From: Myxococcota bacterium
Lineage (GTDB): Bacteria > Myxococcota_A > UBA9160 > JAFDDA01
Assembly (NCBI GenBank): GCA_965228475.1
Contig: OZ245817.1
Span: 2,048,001-2,112,000, forward strand
Reading direction: 5' to 3'
Length of the DNA: 64,000 nucleotides
Below, piece by piece: positions 57,812 through 64,000 of this stretch; position 1 is the stretch's first letter; every line of letters begins with the position of its first letter. The notes beneath the pieces are model-generated. The model worked only from the letters and a program-made list of their open reading frames with translations, was not told the origin of the DNA and did no database searches. A program made the position numbers and the translations under genes.

Positions 57812-58727
57812 GGCCCGGGTCCTCGGGCTTGCGGGCGACGAAGGTGATCGACCCCGCCATCTCGGTCTCGCGTGTGTGCCGGTCGGGGCCCGGCTTGCGC
57901 GCGACCCGCCGGGCCACGCCCGAGGCGGCGCGGAAGGCGGCGTCGAGCGTCTTCAGCCCGAGCCGCGCGGCCCAGGCGAAGGGCTTGCCCTCCGGTCCCG
58001 GCGGAAACGCCATCTCCGGAATCGCATCCGTCCAGCGCCAGTCCGGCCACAGGCGCTCGACTTCGAAACCGGCCATGCGCAGGGTCCAGAGCAGTCCGGC
58101 GTGGCTCATGTGATGGAAACTCGCGCGGTCGTGGAACTTGTAGACGAAGGCGGCGGTGCCGAGGAAGAGCCCGCCGGGCCGGAGCACGCGGAAGCCTTCG
58201 CGCGCAGCGAGCAGCGGCGAGGCCAGGTGCTCGTAGACGGCGAGCGAGAGGTAGAGGTCGAAGGAGCCGTCGGTGATCGGGAGGTTGTGCGCGTCCACCT
58301 GGACGTGGGGCCCGATGCCGCGGTGGTCGACGTCGGCTCCGACGTAGTGGAAGCCGCGCGGTGCGAACCAGCTCTCGCACTGACGCTCGCCGCAGCCGAC
58401 CTCGAGCACCCAGCGGCCGTTGCCCTCCTCGCCGGGAATCGTCGCGAGGTGCCGGTCGAGGTGATAGGGGAGGTCGCGAGCCCGGTCGGCCGGAAGCGGC
58501 TCCGGGGGGTCGAAGCGCAGGCCGTCGAGCTCCTCCCAGGGTTCCCACCAGGGCAGGTCGAGGGAGAGCCGCTCGGGCGCGACGCGCAGGTCCGGGACGT
58601 CGCCGGTCACCGGGTAGATCTGCGAGCCGCTGGCGGTCCGCACCGAGTTCCCCGCCCGCTCGAGCGGCTGCCCGGTCCGCGGGCAGCGGAGGCGCGGCAG
58701 GATCTCTTCCAGGGTCAGTCCGGGCAT
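57804..58727 (-). CDS. SAM-dependent methyltransferase with N-terminal Trm112-like domain
   Basis: LRCPRTGQPL...YPVTGDVPDL, then VLEVGCG, DAHNLP..DGSFD, AVYEH, RVLRPGG. Confidence 0.85.
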   Translation of the reverse strand: MPGLTLEEILPRLRCPRTGQPLERAGNSVRTASGSQIYPVTGDVPDLRVAPERLSLDLPWWEPWEELDGLRFDPPEPLPADRARDLPYHLDRHLATIPGEEGNGRWVLEVGCGERQCESWFAPRGFHYVGADVDHRGIGPHVQVDAHNLPITDGSFDLYLSLAVYEHLASPLLAAREGFRVLRPGGLFLGTAAFVYKFHDRASFHHMSHAGLLWTLRMAGFEVERLWPDWRWTDAIPEMAFPPGPEGKPFAWAARLGLKTLDAAFRAASGVARRVARKPGPDRHTRETEMAGSITFVARKPEDPGRG

Positions 58728-58927
58728 GCTCGCTGGGCGGTCTCCTGGGTTCCGGCGCCGGGCGTGCACGCCCGGGGGCCGCGATGGTGCCCGAAGCTCC
58801 AGCAGGGCGCATCGGTGGATGGGGCTCGCAGGCTGAGGTTTCGCGAGCCGGGCCGCTTCCGGCCGGTGATTTCCTCAGGGTTTCTCCGATTCGAGCCGAC
58901 CCGGAAGGCTAGGATTCGAACGCCGCG

Positions 58928-59773
58928 ATGAACGAAACTCACGCCAGGCCCAAGCCGTCCTCCACCCCTGAATCGGGCACCGGCGGTCCCCTCGAGGCCG
59001 CGGGCCGCGCGCCCGCGTTCCCCGGGAGCGAGCGGGACGTCCCGATTCTCGGCGTCCCGATCTCGGACTGGACGATGGAAGAGGCGCTCGCCTGGGTCGA
59101 GAGCCTGCTCGTCGCCGGCGGCGGGCCGACCCACCCGGTCTTCTTCGCGAACGCCCACACCCTGAACCTGGCCTGCGAAGACCCGGGCTACCGGGAGGTG
59201 CTCTGCTCGGCGGAGCGGGTCTTCGGCGACGGGACGGGCGTGCGCTGGGCCGCGCGCATCCTGCACGGCCACCGCCTGCGGGACAACGTCAACGGAACCG
59301 ATCTGGTTCCGGAGCTCTTCCGCCGCTTCGCGGGCCGGGGCTTCCGCTACTACCTGCTCGGCGCGAGCGAGGCCGCGAACGCGCGCGCGGCGGCCCATGC
59401 CCGGGAGGCCTTCCCGGGCTGGGAGCTCGCCGGCCACCACCACGGCTACCTCGACGACGCCGGCTCGCAGGCCGCGATCGAACGCATCAACGCGGTGAAG
59501 CCGCACCTCCTGATGGTCGGCATGGGCAACCCGCTCCAGGAGCGCTGGCTCGCCCGCCATCGCGAGCAGCTCGACGTTCGCGTCTGCATGGGCACGGGGG
59601 GGCTGTTCGACTATTGGGCCGGCGACCTCGACCGGGCACCCGCCTGGGTGCGGCGCCTCGGCTTCGAGTGGCTCCACCTGCTGCGACGCCAGCCGGCCAA
59701 AGCCCGGCGGTACGTGCTCGGGAATCCGGTGTTCCTGGCTCGGCTGATCCGCGCCCGCTGGTTCTCGCGGTGA
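58928..59773 (+). CDS. WecB/TagA/CpsF (GT26) glycosyltransferase
   Basis: FANAH, DGTGV, NGTDL, HHGY, VGMGNPLQE.W, RAPAW.RRLGFEWL. Confidence 0.94.
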   Translation: MNETHARPKPSSTPESGTGGPLEAAGRAPAFPGSERDVPILGVPISDWTMEEALAWVESLLVAGGGPTHPVFFANAHTLNLACEDPGYREVLCSAERVFGDGTGVRWAARILHGHRLRDNVNGTDLVPELFRRFAGRGFRYYLLGASEAANARAAAHAREAFPGWELAGHHHGYLDDAGSQAAIERINAVKPHLLMVGMGNPLQERWLARHREQLDVRVCMGTGGLFDYWAGDLDRAPAWVRRLGFEWLHLLRRQPAKARRYVLGNPVFLARLIRARWFSR

Positions 59774-60654
59774 AGGGCAAGCCCGTTCGCTCGACCCGCT
59801 GGGTCGTCAAGAAGGCCGCGCGGCGTGCCTGCATGTGGGGCTCCTTCGCGACCGGGAGCCTCGCCGCGCGCGAGCGCTTCGCGGCCGCCCACGTCCGCGT
59901 CCTGACCTACCACCGCTTCGGCAACGAGCGCCACGACCCCTTCGCCGTCACCCCGGAGGCCTTCGACCGACAGATGGCCTGGCTGGCGAGCGAGGGCCGT
60001 GCGATCTCGCTCGCGGACCTCGGTGCCTTCCTCGGCGGGCAGGGGACGATCCGCTCCGGCTCGGTGCTCGTGACGATCGACGATGGCTTCGAGAGCGCGC
60101 TCACGGTCGCCGCACCCACCCTGGCCCGGCACGCCGTCCCGGCGGTGGCCTTCGTGACGACGAGCCTGGTCGGAAACGCCGAGGCCGGAGCGCGGCAGCC
60201 CGAGCGCTACCTCGACTGGCCGGAACTCCCCGAGCTCGAGCAGGCCGGGCTCGTGGTCGGCTCCCACAACCACACCCACCGCTCGCTGGCGAAGCTCCCG
60301 GCCGCGGAGATCCTCGACGAGGCCCGGCGCTCGCGCGGACTCCTGGGCGACTGTCTCGGCCGGCCGATCGAGTCCTTCGCCTACCCGTTCGGGACCCGGG
60401 CCGACTTCAACGAGGCCACCGCGCGGGCACTTCTCGAGAGCGGCTACGACTTCGGCTTCACCTCACGCCACGGGGTCGTCGCCGCCGATTCGCGTGCGAT
60501 CGAACTCCCGCGCGTGAAGGTCGAGGGCGGCGAGGATCTGGATCTCTTCCGGCTGCTCTGCCGCGGCGGCATGGACGCCTGGCAGGTCGTGGACGACGTC
60601 CTCTTCCGACTCCAGCAGAGCCGGAACGAGCAGGAGGTGGCGGCGGGCCCCTGA
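59770..60654 (+). CDS. Polysaccharide deacetylase (CE4)
   Basis: VLTYH, VTIDDG, GSHNHTH, FAYPFG, LPRV. Confidence 0.9.
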   Translation: MKGKPVRSTRWVVKKAARRACMWGSFATGSLAARERFAAAHVRVLTYHRFGNERHDPFAVTPEAFDRQMAWLASEGRAISLADLGAFLGGQGTIRSGSVLVTIDDGFESALTVAAPTLARHAVPAVAFVTTSLVGNAEAGARQPERYLDWPELPELEQAGLVVGSHNHTHRSLAKLPAAEILDEARRSRGLLGDCLGRPIESFAYPFGTRADFNEATARALLESGYDFGFTSRHGVVAADSRAIELPRVKVEGGEDLDLFRLLCRGGMDAWQVVDDVLFRLQQSRNEQEVAAGP

Positions 60655-60675
60655 ACGGCGCCCGCTCGGCGGCGC

Positions 60676-61578
60676 TCAGTGCGCGGCGCCGGGCCGGAGG
60701 CTGCGCAGGTAGTCGAAGAGCTGCCCGAAGCGCATGCGCGCGCGCTGCTTCTCCTGCACGAACTCGATGAAGGCCTCGTCGCGGCGTTCGTCCCGCCGGA
60801 GCCAGGCCCAGTGCCAGCCGAGGAAGAGCAGGATGCCGCCGATCACGCGCGGGTAGTCCTGGAGCGTGCTGCGCGTGCTTCGCACGAGGTTGTAGAGCCA
60901 GAGGTATCCGAAGCGGTAGTGGAGCCGGCCCATGTCGAAGCGGCTGCGGTAGACGTTGCTCTGGCGGCCGTCGATCGGGCGGTGGTGCAGGATTTCCTCT
61001 TCGATGAAGCTGCGCGTCTCGAAGCCCCGCATCTGGGCGTGGGTCTCGTCGATCATGTCCCAGCCCCGCACCGCCTCGAGCCCGCCGATGGCCTCCCAGC
61101 AGTGGCGGGCGTACATCTTCGCCGGGCCGCGCACGTGCTCGTCGTGGCACCACTCGATCTTCAAGCTGCCGTCGGGCTGCGGGAGGAAGGTCTTGCCGCT
61201 CGCGATGCCGAGCTTCGGATCGGCGTCGAAGCGGCGCAGCAGGTTCTCGAAGTAGTCGGGTTGAAAGGAGAGGTCGGCGTCGAGCTTCACGACGAAGTCC
61301 CAATCCGCGACGGTGCTCTCGGCGAGGCCCTCGTCGAAGGCGTGGACGACGCCTGCGCCGAGCTGGCGGAAGCCGCGGTCGCGGCGGTCGAAGAGCACGA
61401 TCCAATCGTGCTTGCGCGTGTACGCCTCGACGATTTCGCGCGTCCGGTCCGTCGAGCCGTCGTTCACGATGATCCACTGCATCGGACGGATCGTCTGGGC
61501 GACCATCGACGCGAGGGTCTTCCCGATCGTGTCCTCTTCGTTGCGCGCCGGCGTGACGACGACGTAGCGGTCCTTCAC
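60676..61578 (-). CDS. Glycosyltransferase family 2
   Basis: VTPARNE, VNDGSTD, KLDAD (DxD), IGGL....GWD. Confidence 0.92.
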   Translation of the reverse strand: MKDRYVVVTPARNEEDTIGKTLASMVAQTIRPMQWIIVNDGSTDRTREIVEAYTRKHDWIVLFDRRDRGFRQLGAGVVHAFDEGLAESTVADWDFVVKLDADLSFQPDYFENLLRRFDADPKLGIASGKTFLPQPDGSLKIEWCHDEHVRGPAKMYARHCWEAIGGLEAVRGWDMIDETHAQMRGFETRSFIEEEILHHRPIDGRQSNVYRSRFDMGRLHYRFGYLWLYNLVRSTRSTLQDYPRVIGGILLFLGWHWAWLRRDERRDEAFIEFVQEKQRARMRFGQLFDYLRSLRPGAAH

Positions 61579-61579
61579 G

Positions 61580-62488
61580 CTAGCGCTCCCCCAGGACGCG
61601 GTGCTTCATGCGCCGCAGCCAGGGCAGGGCATTGCGCTGCACGTGCTCGACGGGCATCTGGACCCGCTTCAGCCATTCGCCGGGCCGGGGCTTGTAGATC
61701 GTGTCGTGGAACTCGCCATCCCAGTCGGCCGGGGCCTCCTCGGTGTAGTAGAAGCCGGCGAAGGAGTTCCGGGTGAAGCCGCTCGGGGCCTTCACGGCGC
61801 GGACGCCATGGAAGCTCTCGGTGGTCGTGTTGAACATCACCGCGCGGTTGAACGCGGGGGTCCAGGTGCCGAGGCACTCCTTCACGCGCGGATCCCACAG
61901 CTCGAACTCGCCTCCCCAGCTCTCCTGCCAGGCATCGGAGAGATAGACGATGATGTTGAGCCGGCGGTGCATCGTGCGCGCGGGGTTCATGTTGAAGTCG
62001 ACGTGGACGCCGAGATGCCCCTGCTTCCCCATGACCTGGATGCCGCCGCCGGCCAGCTCCGGGTCGGCGAGCAGGCGCGGGATGCCGGTGATCTGCGAGA
62101 GCGTGTCCAGAAAAACCGGGCTTGCGAGGAGCGCGTTCAGCCGCTTCACGGGCTCGGGGAAGATCTCGGAATCGGTGACCTGGACCTTCACGTCCTCGTT
62201 GACCCAGGTGAACTGGCGGCCGACCTCGCGCGCCTGGTCGAAGGTGGGGTAGGCGGCCGCGACCTGCCGGGCGAAGTCGGGCTTCAGGAGACCGTCGATG
62301 CAGACGTAATGGGTGGGACGATGGCTCGACCACTGCTCGGAGAGCGCGCGGACGTCCAGGGGGTTCAGGAGCTCCTGGAGCGTGGGGTCCTCGGGCGAGA
62401 CGTCGAGGGACGGGGCGTCGGGGCGAGGGGCCTCACCGTGCGCGGCGCTGGTGGGCGTCGACGGGTCGCTCCCGGGCTGGATGGACAT
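61580..62488 (-). CDS. 2OG-Fe(II) oxygenase
   Basis: HVDFN (HxD), RRLNIIVYL, GGEFELW, FNRAVMF...SFHG, R.S. Confidence 0.9.
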   Translation of the reverse strand: MSIQPGSDPSTPTSAAHGEAPRPDAPSLDVSPEDPTLQELLNPLDVRALSEQWSSHRPTHYVCIDGLLKPDFARQVAAAYPTFDQAREVGRQFTWVNEDVKVQVTDSEIFPEPVKRLNALLASPVFLDTLSQITGIPRLLADPELAGGGIQVMGKQGHLGVHVDFNMNPARTMHRRLNIIVYLSDAWQESWGGEFELWDPRVKECLGTWTPAFNRAVMFNTTTESFHGVRAVKAPSGFTRNSFAGFYYTEEAPADWDGEFHDTIYKPRPGEWLKRVQMPVEHVQRNALPWLRRMKHRVLGER

Positions 62489-62674
62489 GGCGGCAAACTC
62501 CTGCGACGAGTGTCCTGCGTCTTGCGACGAAGGGTGTCCTGCGGGGGGCGGCCACCGGGTGAGTGCCCGTCCGGGCCCCGAAGGGGTCACGAAATCGAGC
62601 CGCCTCGCGTCGAGGGCGCGGAAGGGCGGCTAAGACGCTAATTTTGCTACCGAAATTATCATCGAGGCGCGAGG

Positions 62675-63988
62675 ATGCAAGCGGCTCCCGAAAGCCCTGA
62701 GCGAGGCCCCGCGGCGGCCACGCAGCCGCCCATCGCGGTCCTGGCGCCGATCTACCCGGCGCTGACCGAGACCTTCGTGTACCGCGAGGTCGAGGGCCTG
62801 CGCGCGCTCGGCTGGCCGATCCACGTGGTCCGGCTGAACCCGCTCGGGGACCGCCCGCGCGCCCACGCCGAGGTGCGCAGCGCGGATCTCACCGTCCAGG
62901 GGCCGGGGCTTCCGGGCTCGCTGGTCCGGGCGCTGCTCGAGGTGCTGCGTCACCCACTGCGCAGCCTGCGCACGTTCGGCACGGCCGTTGCCGATGCCTT
63001 GCACCCGGGAGAACCCCTCTCGCCGGGGCGCCGATTCGCCGTGCTGCCCCAGGCACTGCTCGGGCTGGGCGTCGCACGCTGGCTGCGCGAACGGGGCGTG
63101 GCCCTGGTCCACTGCCAGTTCGCGAACGCCGTCTGCGGGGTCGCGATGTACGCCTCGCTGCAGCTCGGCCGGCCCTTCGGTTTCGTCGGCCACGCGAACG
63201 ACCTCTTCGACCGGCGCAGCCTGCTCGCCAGGAAGCTCGAGCGGGCCCGCTACGTCTCGTGCATCAGCGAGTGGCATCGCGATTGGTACCGCGAGCTCTA
63301 CGCGGCCGACGGCGGCCGCTATCGCGTGGTGCGCTGCGGGGTCGACGTCGAATCCTTCCAGCCGACGGGCAAGGGGCGCGAGCCGGGCGCACCCCTGCGG
63401 GTCGCCGCCGTGGCGCGCCTGATCCCGAAGAAAGGCATCGACGTCCTCCTTCGTGCGCTGGCGGAGCTCGAAGCCACCGAGGGTGCGGCCTGGACGCTTC
63501 GTCTGGCGGGGGACGGGCCCGAGCGGCCCGCGCTCGAGGCCCTGGCGCGGGAACTCGGCTGTGCGGACCGCGTGCGCTTCGAAGGGGCCATCGCGAACGA
63601 AGCCGTCCGGGCGCTCCTCGCCGAGTCCGACGTGCTGTGTCTGCCGAGCCGCCCGTGCGAGACCACGGGCGACCGCGACGGGATCCCGGTGGTGCTGATG
63701 GAGGCGATGGCCATGGGCGTCCCGGTCGTGGCCGGGGACCTGCCCGCGATTCGGGAACTGGTCGAGGACGGGCGCTCGGGGCGCATGGTGCCGAGCGGCG
63801 ACGCCGCCGCCACGGCGGCGTGTCTCGCCGAGATCGCTCGGGACGAGAGCCTGCGGCGCGCACTCGGCCGCGGAGGCCGCGAGCGGGTCGAGCAGGAGTT
63901 CTCCCTGGCCGAGAACCTGGCGCGGCTCGACGCGACGCTCCGTCAGGTTCTCGAGGAGGAGGCGCCGCCCGTGGCGGCCAGGGACTGA
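62675..63988 (+). CDS. Glycosyltransferase family 4 (WcaL-like)
   Basis: YP.LTETFVYREV, HANDLF, ARLIPKKG, DGIPVVLMEAMAMGVPVV. Confidence 0.92.
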   Translation: MQAAPESPERGPAAATQPPIAVLAPIYPALTETFVYREVEGLRALGWPIHVVRLNPLGDRPRAHAEVRSADLTVQGPGLPGSLVRALLEVLRHPLRSLRTFGTAVADALHPGEPLSPGRRFAVLPQALLGLGVARWLRERGVALVHCQFANAVCGVAMYASLQLGRPFGFVGHANDLFDRRSLLARKLERARYVSCISEWHRDWYRELYAADGGRYRVVRCGVDVESFQPTGKGREPGAPLRVAAVARLIPKKGIDVLLRALAELEATEGAAWTLRLAGDGPERPALEALARELGCADRVRFEGAIANEAVRALLAESDVLCLPSRPCETTGDRDGIPVVLMEAMAMGVPVVAGDLPAIRELVEDGRSGRMVPSGDAAATAACLAEIARDESLRRALGRGGRERVEQEFSLAENLARLDATLRQVLEEEAPPVAARD

Positions 63989-64000
63989 ATCGCCGGGGGG

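Overview
High-GC bacterial window, fully packed with genes; a Myxococcota-like origin is an inference from composition and gene content only. About 47 CDS and one tRNA-Leu(CAG). Most of the window (about 1-37.7 kb and 56.7-64 kb) is a very large cell-surface glycan locus. It holds kdsA, a WcaJ-type initiating transferase, GT4/GT2/GT26 and GT-C-like glycosyltransferases, a Wzm/Wzt ABC exporter and a WlbA/B/C (WbpB/D/E)-type diamino-uronic acid pathway. It also has an unusually rich tailoring set: two AsnB amidotransferases, five methyltransferases, a sulfotransferase, three deacetylase-like proteins and two 2OG-Fe(II) oxygenases, plus a PEP-CTERM protein and an FG-GAP adhesin-like protein. A short housekeeping block (lon, tRNA-Leu, rnr, Crp-family regulator) interrupts it. 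The most striking element follows that block: a translationally coupled NRPS (C-A interrupted by a luciferase-like monooxygenase-T, Gly-type code), a type I PKS with the non-canonical order KS-AT-KR-DH-carrier-TE, a PPTase and an SGNH protein, followed by more glycan genes. My main hypothesis is that this two-module assembly line makes a small acyl group that decorates the surface polysaccharide rather than a diffusible metabolite. No CRISPR array, rRNA or mobile element was seen. All calls come from motif reading by eye; no database search was run.
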